Source: Octopus vulgaris
Lineage: Eukaryota
Assembly (NCBI GenBank): GCA_951406725.2
Contig: OX597824.1
Coordinates: 42,222,001-42,286,000 of the forward strand
Length of the DNA stretch: 64,000 nucleotides
Direction of reading: 5' to 3'
In this document: positions 27,863 to 39,331 of the stretch, piece by piece
How positions within the stretch are numbered: the first letter of the stretch is position 1
Layout: the number at the start of each line of letters is the position of its first letter
Program-made: the position numbers and the translations under genes
The notes under the pieces: generated by a model
Seen by the model: the letters and a program-made list of their open reading frames with translations, nothing else
Databases searched by the model: none
Told to the model about the DNA's origin: nothing

Positions 27863-29572
27863 ATCATAGATGGATACCTAAGAAGTTGATATTTGTTGAA
27901 CAATTTCAAATTGAAATATATACAATATGAATATTTATTTATGCATATGTGCATGTGTGTGTATATAAAAATTCACTTGTATATATATATATATAAACTC
28001 ATATGCATGTATGAATGTTTGTAGATACATACATACACATATATATGCGTGCGTGTGTGTGTGTGCGTGTATGTGTATGTGTTTGCGTGCGTGTGTGTGC
28101 GTGTATGTGCGTTTATGTGGGCATGTGTGCATGCATATATATATATATATATATGTCTGTGTGTGTATGTGTGTGCGTTTGGGCATGAGTGCATGTTAGT
28201 GTGTTCGGCAGTGCATGTGCGTATGTGTGTGCGCACGCGCGTGTGTACATGTAGATATATTTGTCAGTGTGTGTATGTGCGCGCATGCGTATGTGCATGC
28301 AAATATATTAATGTCTATGTGCGTGCGTGTGTGCGTGCATGTGTGAATGCATATATGTGTGCGTGTGTGCGTATGTGTGCGCGCGCGTGTGTAATTATAT
28401 ATGCCTTAGTATCTAAATATTTGCGTGCGTTTCAGAAAAATGAGTATAAATTCGTATACGATGTACATGAGGGCGTATATATTTTAAATATGTCGACATA
28501 CACGTACGTTTAAGCATATATAACGCTATCGAATTTCATGTACAATAAGTGTGTGCTTGCGTCACTGTGAATATACGTTTATATGTTTGCATAAATGTCC
28601 AAACATTTGTACACGTATTTATATATTTGCATTGATGGCAGCATGCGTGAATATCCGAAACTAGAATTTGTGCATGACTCTGCATATATTTCGCAGTTTA
28701 TCTATGACAACACACAGACAATCACACACATACACACACTCACGGATGCATACGGCAGTAAATACGAATGTACATACATACATACATACATACATACATA
28801 CATACATACATACATACATACACTTATATCTGTACATGCACAGATAGACACACAGACACGCACATATATGTACTTCTAAAATCGTGTGCGTATGTATATG
28901 TGAGTGTACACGTACGTCTACATGGCTGCACGTGCGTTGATATCAAAAGAAGTAGCTACATACAATTTTGTCAGTTAAATGCATGTGTGAGTGTATATGC
29001 GTATGTGTATATGCGTGTGTGCATATGAGTGTGCGTAAACATATGTGAACGAGTGTGTATGTATGCATATGTGTGTGTGTGTGTGTATACATATGCATGT
29101 ATATATGTGTATATTTATGTATGCATATATATATATATATATTTATGTGCATGCATGTATGTATGTACGTATACGTGTGTGCACTTGCGTATCTTATGTA
29201 ATTGAGTGCAGCGTTATGTGTTGTCCTGTGCTATATTAACAAGATATCACGTCCCGAAAATCTCAAGGATCATCTACTTCCTAATTAATACGCCGGTTTG
29301 TTCTCAGAAGCGGCACTGGAGACTTCTGGTTGAGAGAATTCCCACCGCTATGAAATATTTCCGTGTAATTCTTTCCAGATATTATATCCTCCTCTTCTCT
29401 CTTATCATGCCTTTGAGATCCTCTTTGTAAACACACACAGACGCACACACTGTATATATGTATGTGTGTATATATATATATCGATAGATAGATTAGATAT
29501 ACATATAGAAATCTATTTTTCTGAACTGCCACGTTAGCTTGGCGACGAATATTAATATATATATGTGTATGA

Positions 29573-29684
<112 letters not shown>

Positions 29685-29957
29685 CTATTTCTCTGGACTG
29701 CCACGTTAGCTTGGCGATATTGAATCTTGGGAGGGGCATTAAGCCGGTAGCAATAACCACACGCACTGGTTCGGTCCTTTATTGTTATTGTTAGTTAATG
29801 GATTAGTTATTCCGTTAATTAATTTATCGATTAGCCGTTTTTTTCACTAGGTTCTCAAACTCATATGTTAAACAATGTGGTCAAACATTGATCGTTCAAA
29901 TGTTCAGTATCGTTAGTGTTGTAATTTTTTTTCTTTTGTCAAATACAAATACGAACT

Positions 29958-30372
<415 letters not shown>

Positions 30373-30376
<4 letters not shown>

Positions 30377-30731
30377 CATACAAAATTTAAAGGACTGACC
30401 ACTAAAAGTGGACAGTCAATATGCTATATATAGACGTCAAAATCGCTATTTTCCACGAAGAATGTGTTCTCAAGAAAAAACTCAGCACAAAATCAAAGTG
30501 TAAAAAATAAGCAAGACAAATGAAAATATACGAAATAAAAAACGATTACCTATGAACTAATTAGTTTCACTTGTTAATATTCACGTATTGGAAATTATAT
30601 TTGTAAACGACAGACTATGCTGATGATCGTGCAGATTTTCGCGTATACATATACGTGAATATTAACAAGTGAAACTAATTAGTACATAGGTAATCGTTTT
30701 TTATTTCAGTCCCTTAAATTTTGTATGTAAA
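30373..30731. repeat. (TA)n-flanked nested inverted repeats
   Basis: Inner arms 30532-30588 and 30651-30707 (57 bp, 1 mismatch). Outer arms 30373-30398 and 30706-30731 (26 bp, 1 mismatch). Confidence 0.9.
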
Positions 30732-30809
30732 AAATATTTTAATCTTCGGATTTTTTAATATGCTAGGTCACTGGTTTTAATTGATTAATATCAATTTCTA
30801 CCCTTATTG

Positions 30810-30877
<68 letters not shown>

Positions 30878-31036
30878 TTTCATAAATTTATAAAAACACG
30901 TGACATATTAATAAATATCTGTAAATATAAGGCCATCCAGATTTCTGTGTACCGCATATCTTCTAATATATGATACCTGTACATCATCTCCAAACCTTCT
31001 AATATATATATATATATTTATATATATATATATACT

Positions 31037-31483
31037 TGGGAAGGGACGCGTGGCGTTCGATCATATAATAATATGGGGGCTGTTAAGCCATTTTTCCATC
31101 GTCTTGACTTAACAACCCTAATCGTTTGTTTTTACCGTGTTATTCTCTTTTCCTGCCTTTTACTGTTTTTACTTGCATTGTTTTTACTGTTTTGTTTTGT
31201 TTTGCTCTTAATGTCCTGTTCTTGTTACCACTTTTATCCCTCCGCAAAAAATCCCAAATTTTATTTAATTTGCTTTGCGGGAAGGACTTTTTCAATGAAG
31301 TCGCGTCTTGTCCTTACCTTCGTAACGCAGAGTAGACGAAACAGGGACAACTGAAGAAGGGGAATATTCCTTGTGTTGTATATCTTGTACTCTGTTCTTT
31401 CGTTGTTTGAAAAAATGTTCGTTTCCATGTTTTTGTTTTTATGTTTTCTTTTCTCATTGTGTTCTTTTGATGTCCAGTACCCA
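31037..31483 (+). mobile_element. Non-coding (TA)n-flanked element ending in GTCCAGTACCCA (putative PLE 3' repeat)
   Basis: The same terminus occurs inverted at 33641-33652. Internal hairpin cctccgcaaa/tttgcgggaagg. Confidence 0.45.
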
Positions 31484-31557
31484 TATATGCATGTATATAT
31501 ATATATATATATACATATAGATGTAGGTATGTGCATATATGTATGTATATATGCATA

Positions 31558-31632
<75 letters not shown>

Positions 31633-31635
<3 letters not shown>

Positions 31636-31945
31636 GTTCTATAATTAAGAGATGAGGAGTTATGTACATTTTTTACATTATTTACATTTGTCGGATATTC
31701 GTCCTCATCTTCGTTGTTAACACAATGTTTCGGCTGATATACCCTCCAGCCTTCATCAGTTGTCTCGCGGAAATTTTGAACATGGGTTCTCATTCCTAAG
31801 GTATTTTTCGATGTTGTTGTTGTTGTTGTTATTATTATTATTATCATCATTATTATTATCATTATTCAGGTCACTGCCTAGAATTGAACTCGGAATGTTG
31901 GGGTTAGTAGCCCGTGCTCTTAACCACTACACCATATGTCCCCGT
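31633..31945 (-). mobile_element. tRNA-headed short element carrying a hammerhead motif
   Basis: Minus strand: A box TGGTGTAGTGG (31924-31934), B box GTTCAATTC (31881-31889), (AAT/AAC)n, then CTGATGA-a-GGCTG...CAGCC-GAAAC-ATT-GTGTT (31719-31764), ending at (TA)n. Confidence 0.75.
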
Positions 31946-31947
31946 GC

Positions 31948-32023
<76 letters not shown>

Positions 32024-32058
32024 TAATAATAATAATAATGATGATGATGATGACGATG

Positions 32059-32122
<64 letters not shown>

Positions 32123-32159
32123 CAATAATAATTATAACTATAATTATAATAATAAATAC

Positions 32160-33456
32160 GGAAACTGTTGACAATGCATAGAATGCACCACGCTAAGGTA
32201 GATATAGAATAACTTTATCTGCCAAGAAAAGAGGGACGCTGTGGACTTTTACAACTGGCAATATCAATGAAGATTGCTACAATTGGCCTAGACACCTACT
32301 TGAAAAGCTCTGAGGACTGGATGTTAAAACTTGTCTCAAAACATGAAAGCAAGAAAGCATCATACTCAATAACAAAACAGGCAAAGGAATATCTAAGTTA
32401 ATTCCGAATACAACAAATTTCGGATTAAGACACACAAGAAACAAGCACAGAAAAAGTTAAGCACATGAAAACCCGTGCCAAAACTGCTGCCTTAGATATT
32501 CTTTATGATAAATGGCAAGAAAAACCTCTCAATGGCAAATACCCAAAGAGAACGAATAATGCCGATGTTGACAAAACCCTGGCCCATCAATGGCTAATGG
32601 CCTCTGGCTTAAAATTCGAAACAGAAGGGTTTATCATAGCAGCTCAAGATCAATGCCTACCTACAAGGAACTACCAGGCCAACATATTAAAGAACGGCAG
32701 TAGCCCAACATGTCGTGTATGTCAACAACAAAATGAAACCATTGATCATGTTGTCTCCAAGTGCAGTCTTCTTGTGCCTACAGAGTATCTCAACAAGCAT
32801 GATAGAGCTGCACAATATATTCACTGGGCAATTTGTAAAAACCTGGACTAGGCCCATGATAAAAACTGGTGGGAACACAAACCGCCTCCAGTACTTGAAA
32901 ATGACCACATCTCACTCCTGTGGATCTTCATTCAAACTGACAGAAAGATAGATGCGAATAGGCCAGACATCATAGTAAAAGGCTTCAGACAAAAAACATG
33001 TCTCCTCATTGATATGACTGTCCCAATCGATATAAACGTATCTGTCAAGACCTACCAGAATCTGAGCAAATATAAAAATCTTGAAATAGGAATTAGCAAA
33101 ATGTAGAAACTGAAGGCTAAAATAATAGGTGCCCTGGGAATGATAGCAAAAATGGCTGATTGCTACCTAACTCAGATACCAGGAAACCCCAAAATGGCAG
33201 AAATTCAAAAGATAATGCTCATTGGAACTGCTCATATCCTAAGCAAAATACTTTCTATGTAATCTCAAGTTTTAAAACAAACATAATTTTCGTATGGGTT
33301 TTTAGACATTCACTAGTACAACACTAAGTACAAAACCAAATATATGACACCCTTGGCATAACACCAACACGAGTTTCCAACTTGTTACCTCTTGAGATCT
33401 CTGGGTGAGACTTGGAGCCAGCTTGTGCAAATGTAAAGCAAAAGTCAAACATGGAA
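32160..33456 (+). mobile_element. R4/Dong-type RLE LINE, 3' portion, inserted in (AAT)n
   Basis: WQEKPLNGKY, LKFETEGFIIAAQDQCL, CRVCQQQNETIDHVVSKC (CCHC), KHDRAAQYIHWAIC, then NRPDII...LIDMTVP. (AAT)n on both sides. Confidence 0.92.
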
Positions 33457-33473
33457 CAATAATAATAATAATA

Positions 33474-33625
33474 ACATCGAAAAATGCCTTAGGAATGAGA
33501 ACCCATGTTCGAAATTTCCCCAAAACACCTGATGAAGGCTGGAGGGTATATCAGCCGAAACATTGTGTTAACAACAAACAAGATGAGGTCAAGTATCCGT
33601 CAAATGTAAATAATGTAAATAATGT
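33474..33625 (+). ncRNA. Hammerhead-bearing body, inverted partner of 31660-31813
   Basis: AACAC-CTGATGA-a-GGCTG-gagggtatat-CAGCC-GAAAC-ATT-GTGTT at 33524-33569. Stems I and II are perfect. Confidence 0.75.
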
Positions 33626-34189
33626 ATATACACACATATATGGGTACTGGACGTAACCAACAGTAAACAAATTGAAATACAAAAACAAATGAGTTAAATA
33701 CGCAAATAGCGAGTTGTCGGCTGTCTATCTACTCCCCATTTCGAGTAATCAACGACCATATGAGTTCTCAAATACAGTTGCTCCCATAAATACCAAAATA
33801 ATATTTTGGATTTATGGAGGGTCAAAGTTAGGAGCAAAAACAGGACAGTGGAGACATACAGGGAAACCGAACGAAAACAAATATGGAGGGTCATTAGACC
33901 TGAGCGATGGGAAAATAGTGAATGCTGAGAGAAATATTTTCTTTGAAAAGAGAAAAGATAGAAGAGGGAGAGATAGGAGACGTCCAGTCCCTAGAACGTC
34001 CGTACAGGAAAGAAAGATGATCACATGGAAGAAAAGAAAGATGGACGATGGTCACGGGTGTGCAGCGAGGGAGAGAAAAAGAGAAAGAGAGGGAGAGAGA
34101 CAGATAGAAAACGGTGAAAGGGAGTAAAAAGCAAATTAGAGAGGATAGGGAAGAAAACAATCTTAACCTCTTTGATGCGACTATATATA

Positions 34190-34985
34190 TACTAGCATTA
34201 AAGACCCGTCGTTGCCGGGCCATAGTGCTAGTGCATGTATATATGTGTATATATATGTGAACATATTACATGTACATCTATATATATATACATCTACACA
34301 TAAAATGCAAAATACAAAGTTATATCTTGATATCGCTAGTGATAACAATACTCAAAATATATAACAGACTGGAATTGTTAGCGCTTCGTTTTTCTCTACA
34401 TTGTATACTTTATAGACAATAGTCTTTTCTTTAATTCAATTTTTTATTATCCATCTGGACTATTCCATTTCTGCACGCTAATTATATTTTTAATTTATTA
34501 CCATTCTTGTGAAATCCCTTATTCAAGTTCAAATCATTGATGCAATTTTATACTAATTGCTATTTTTACTTTTGTATGTTACGATTATATTATAATTTGG
34601 TTTGATTTTAATTATTACTTACTACATATAATTCAATTGTTATTATTATTTTTATTGTTAAAGTGAAAGCATCTGACATAAAATAGAGAAATATTTTTGT
34701 TTCACTTTTAACACGTAATACTGAAATAGTGGAGAAGATATGATATTGCTATGGGCTCGCTCTAGGCAAGAAGTTGAACATTTTTCTTTTGCCCATGAAA
34801 CTACACGGACCCTAAGTAAGGCATGTGTAAAATTTGAATGAAATTGGTTGTGTAGTTCTCAAGTTTTAGGGAATCGTAGTGGAGAAGATATGATGTTGCT
34901 GTGGGCTCGCCCTAGGCAAAAAGTTTTAGGGAAACATACATACATACAGACAGACAGACACACATTTTCAGTTTTATATATATAA

Positions 34986-34990
<5 letters not shown>
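34190..34990 (+). mobile_element. Non-autonomous Helentron/DINE-1-like element (probable)
   Basis: 5' actagca...acccg...cggg...tgctagt hairpin. 3' catgtgtaaaatttgaatgaaattggtt...(acag)n...ttttatatatataaagat. Internal 42 bp direct repeat (34728, 34878). Confidence 0.6.
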
Positions 34991-35062
<72 letters not shown>

Positions 35063-35287
35063 TAAATTTTTTATACAGTTAGCATTCATTATTCAACAGT
35101 ATCATTTTAAATAGCCTTATCTATCTACGTTTATGTGTAATGAAAAAATTAAGCCCTTCTCATTCACATTACTGTCGCCCTTCTAATGCAAACCGAAGGA
35201 AAGAAATATATTATTTGTTTAAATGCTGTTATATAACTAAATATTGTTACATGCAAAATGAAAATGAACCAAAGCAAACCCATATAC

Positions 35288-35711
35288 TCTCTTTACTCTT
35301 TTTACTCTTTTACTTGTTTCAGTCATTTGACTGCGGCCATGCTGGAGCACCGCCTTTAGTCGAGCAAATCGACCCTAGGACTTATTTCTTGTGATCCTAG
35401 TACTTATTCTATCGGTCTTTTTGCCGAACCTCTAAGTTACGGGAACGTAAACACACCAGCATCAGTTGTCAAGTGATCCTAGGGGGGACACATACAGACT
35501 CATAAACATATACACACATACATACACACATATATATATATATATATACGACGGGCTTCTTTCAGTTTCCGTCTATCAAATCTACTCACAAGGCTTTGGT
35601 CGGTCCGAGGCTATTGTAGAAGACACTCGCCCAAGGTACCACGCAGTGGAACTGAACCCGGAACTATGTGGTTTGTAAACAAGCTACTTACCACACAGTC
35701 ACTCCTACACC
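35288..35711 (-). mobile_element. SINE family B copy between ~220 bp direct repeats (35063-35285, 35716-35938)
   Basis: Reverse complement of family B. The flanking duplication is read directly. Confidence 0.88.
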
Positions 35712-36809
35712 TATATAAATTTTTTATACAGTTAGCATTCATTACTCAACAGTATCACTGCAAATAGCCTTATTCTATCTACGTTTATGTGTAGTGAAAA
35801 ATTAAGCCCTTTTCATTCACAATATTGTCGCCCTTTTAATGCAAACCGATCGAAATAAATATATTGGTTGTTTAAATTCTGTTATATAACCAAATATTGT
35901 TACAAACAAAATGAAAATGTACCAAAGCAAACTCATATGTTAATGTTTAATAGCAATGTAATCTTAGTATTACTTAATTTGAAAAGAAAAATAATACGTA
36001 AAAATATATTTATCGTTGTAAAGCAATGGAATATAAATTGTTAGTAGAATGCTAGTAAAGCGTGCAACAGTTGAAAATGTAAAATTTACAGCAGACAGCT
36101 ATAAGATGAAATACTACTAAGTATTTGTTAACAAAACGTGTATTTAATATTAAAAGCCAACGATGTATAAATGAAGAATATTAACTAGGAAAAAGATAAT
36201 GAATTCTTTAGCTGGAATATTAAGAGCGTATTCTAATACCGAAAATGTTTTAATACAAAGCGTTGTCAGCAAATGAAACAGGCTTAAAACAAACTGTTAT
36301 TAGTAATAAAGAATCAGGAAGAAAACATACATTATTAATGATAATAAACGTGTAAGAAAAAGCAGTGGAAATTTTAGAATGTCTTACATCACACATAAAT
36401 AGCAAATGGAATGCTAAGGATATTCGAACATGCAATTCGAATGAGTAAAAATTCGAATGAGAGGTTATTGCGCATGTGTTAATGGAAGCCCAGCTCTTTA
36501 ATATATCATTCTGCAAGACATGTAGAATATATTGTATGATACAAGCGAAAACGATGAGGATTGAGTAAAGTCATAAATGACAGAGAAACAGTTTGATGGA
36601 ATTCTATTTAACAATAGGAAATTTCAAATATCATGACAAATTGTTTCATGTGGATAATTTATAGTACTAGACTATCCGTAACCCGTTGGATTACCGGAAA
36701 AGTCTGAGTTTCCCAGTATTTGTTTTCCTTTCCAGGTTACTCCGCATGCTTTCAACGAATGTGACATCGAAATCACGCGTAAACGGCTCCTTTCCCTAGA
36801 AACGGAAAA

Positions 36810-36920
36810 ATTTGGCTGCTATTTCTTGCACGCCCTGCTACCACATAACAGGTATTTCGGGTCCTTTATCGCAGATAGCTGTTACGTGGTAGCAGGGTGT
36901 GCTAGAAATAGCAGCCAAAT
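36810..36920. repeat. Hairpin with 42 bp arms and 27 nt loop
   Basis: atttggctgctatttcttgcacgccctgctaccacataacag / ctgttacgtggtagcagggtgtgctagaaatagcagccaaat; 2 mismatches plus 1 G-U. Confidence 0.92.
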
Positions 36921-37179
36921 CTTTGGAGGTGAGATATGTTGAATGTACTCGAAATAAAGCTATGGGAAAAATTATTTCACACCGAAGTTACGAATGGGTC
37001 TTTTACGAAATATTTACCGTATTTTTAAAGTCATTTTCACTTTAAAATATGTTTTAGATAAGCCAAAAAAGGTTTTGTAATGGTATTCACTTGAAAATAA
37101 TTTTATAAAACCTTAAAATATTGTCTCATTAAAGAAAGCTTAAATAAAGATACTTACTGTACAAACATCTTACATTTTT

Positions 37180-37370
37180 GTGTCTGTGATTGTGCCTTGC
37201 GCCGTCGCTTGACATCCGATGCTGATGCGTTTGTGTCTCCGGAACTTAGCAGTTCAGCAAAAGAAACCGATAGAATAAGTACTAAACATACAAAATTAAG
37301 TTCCGGGGTTGATTTGTTCGACTAAAGGCGGTGCTCCAGTCAGATGACTGAAGCAAGTAAAAGAATAAAA
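37180..37370 (+). mobile_element. SINE family B 3' half
   Basis: ccgatagaataagtact...cgactaaaggcggtgctccag...gactgaagcaagtaaaag. Confidence 0.8.
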
Positions 37371-38103
37371 GAAAAAAGAAAGTATAAAGAGAGGAAAATC
37401 ATATATTTGTAGAGACAGAGATAACAAAATATAGAGTTTGATATCAACAACAAAAATATCAAATTTAAGATTAAAGGTTCAAGTATATAAGTAAACAGCG
37501 AACAGGTTGTAAGGTAAGATAAGATCAATATAATTTAGTATTGTAGATTGGGATAGATTAAAGGATATAAGGAAAACAATATTGATATGCATTCATTAAA
37601 TATCGTTTAAAATACATAATTATAGTTATAATACAGGTAAATACGCCAGAAAATATTTTTATACCTAAATATTATATAAATATTGTTAGTATCTAAATAA
37701 TATCAAAATATAAATCATCATTATATTGAAGGTGGTGGAATTGACTATATGAATATTTAAATACTATTACTAGCGGTATAAATAATTATTATTAGTAAGA
37801 AGTGAAGTAACAACAAAGATAAGGGCATAAGAATTAATCATATACATATAAATACATACATGCATATATATATACACATTAATATACATATATATATATA
37901 AATGTGTGTATATTTTTTCAATGTTTACAAATAACACAGAAAAAAAAAATAAATAGTTACCAGGGTTGCAAAAATTCACACAAATACCAAGGATGTAACA
38001 GCCTACTATAAGGTAGAAATTCCAGGTTTTGGTGAAATATTTTTGTGTAACATAGATAAATAGATAAATGGAGTTAAACGCAGGTGTTATTCAAATCATT
38101 TTA

Positions 38104-38192
38104 CTTTCGACGTATGCTTCGAAGAAAACATTGGTATTATTCCAGAAGGAATAAAATGATGTAAAACAATGCAATCTTCTCATCAGGGAAAG
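38104..38192 (-). ncRNA. Hammerhead-like motif with long stem II and GAAG core
   Basis: Minus: CTTTCc-CTGATGA-GAAGA..CATTG..TTATTCC-ttct-GGAATAA..CAATG..TCTTC-GAAG-CATACG-TC-GAAAG. Confidence 0.65.
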
Positions 38193-38520
38193 AAACGAAC
38201 CAAACACATCAGTAAGACATTTTATCAGAATGTGATGACTGCGTATATGATAAAGGGAACGCTATCATGATTTGTTTTTCAAAAAAACATTAATAGATAT
38301 AACGTCAAAGACATTTTAAAGAAAGAGAAAGAGTAGAAAGAAAGAAATTAGCAGAAAACTAATAGTGGAGAGATATGGAGCGATAGGTGAATAGGAATAA
38401 ATCTTAAAGGCTTGGAAGTAGATATATTTAGTGGAAGTGAAATTTAAGAAGACAGTTAAAGGTAGAATTTTAGAGAATGGTGGAAACCACTAAAGGTATG
38501 ATTTTGCAAATGTTTCCAAC

Positions 38521-38769
38521 GATAAACGCGTTCTTTAACAGGATGAAATACGTTTCATCGTTACAAAGCGGACAGAAAGTTTTACCTTTATCATACGGAA
38601 ATGATTTAGATAGAATATTTCATTCCAAATCAAATTGTTTATCATGATCCTTTAGATACCAAATTAATTTACTAAACCGAGTATTGTTACGTTTATTGAT
38701 ATGTCTAAATGTAGAGTAAAGATTAGAAATTCTTTTGGATAACTGAGATGAAGAACTACCTTTATAAAA
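38521..38769 (-). pseudogene. GIY-YIG endonuclease remnant of a second Penelope-like element
   Basis: My translation: FYKGSSSSQLSKRISNLYSTFRHINKRNNTRFSKLIWYLKDHDKQFDLE*NILSKSFPYDKGKTFCPLCNDETYFIL. This fits the PLE pattern YIG..R..H..SF..LSKYIW.LK..W.I..CxLC..E. Confidence 0.8.
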
Positions 38770-38883
38770 AAAGGACGTCAGAACCGGAAGTAATTTTACG
38801 TTGATAAATAGAATTTCTAGTTTTAAAATTACTGCTAAGGAAATGAATGTGATTAAATTTCAAATTTAATTAAATTATATTTG

Positions 38884-38970
38884 TGCAGCTGAAGATTGCT
38901 CTACATTTTAAATTGATGTAATGTTTGCATTGTTCAATTAAATGGAGTCGCATGAAGCGATCGTATTGCA
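38884..38970 (+). ncRNA. Hammerhead-like motif with long stem II and GAAG core
   Basis: TGCAG-CTGAAGA-tTGC..CATTT..AATTGA...TCAATT-AAATG..GCAt-GAAG-CGATCG-TA-TTGCA. Confidence 0.65.
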
Positions 38971-39156
38971 TTACCTCTGGATATCCTTGTTGCTTATTTT
39001 GATATATATATATATATATAAGAAAATAGTAAAGTGTGAAAAAACGACAGAAGGCTTAAATGTTAAAAAATATATATATATTTGTGTCAAAATGTCTGGA
39101 GAATATTGGAAAAATTTTTTTCCTTTCCTTAAAATGACATAATTTTAAAATTTTTA

Positions 39157-39196
39157 AAGAAATTACCGGTTTCGCGTGTAGCTTTTCAAATTTCTT
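39157..39196 (-). ncRNA. Minimal type I hammerhead ribozyme, U3-A8 variant, in the PLE 3' repeat
   Basis: Minus: AAGAAAT-TTGAAAA-GC-tacac-GC-GAAACCGGTA-ATTTCTT. 7 bp stem I, palindromic ACCGGT stem III, GUA triplet. Confidence 0.8.
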
Positions 39197-39331
39197 GTGA
39201 CGTTATGTTTATATTGCATGGAGTTATCGTTGTGTTTATTTTCAGGAGATTTCTAAATAAGGGGAGGTAGTGAGTGATTTCTTCCGGTGTAAGGGAGATA
39301 ATCGCTTAAAATTTTTTTTCCTTTTCCCTTG

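Noticed and set aside
39021-39331. Selenocysteine recoding or SECIS as in Naiad-type PLEs
   Set aside because: No in-frame UGA in the RT-endonuclease ORFs and no SECIS pattern seen.
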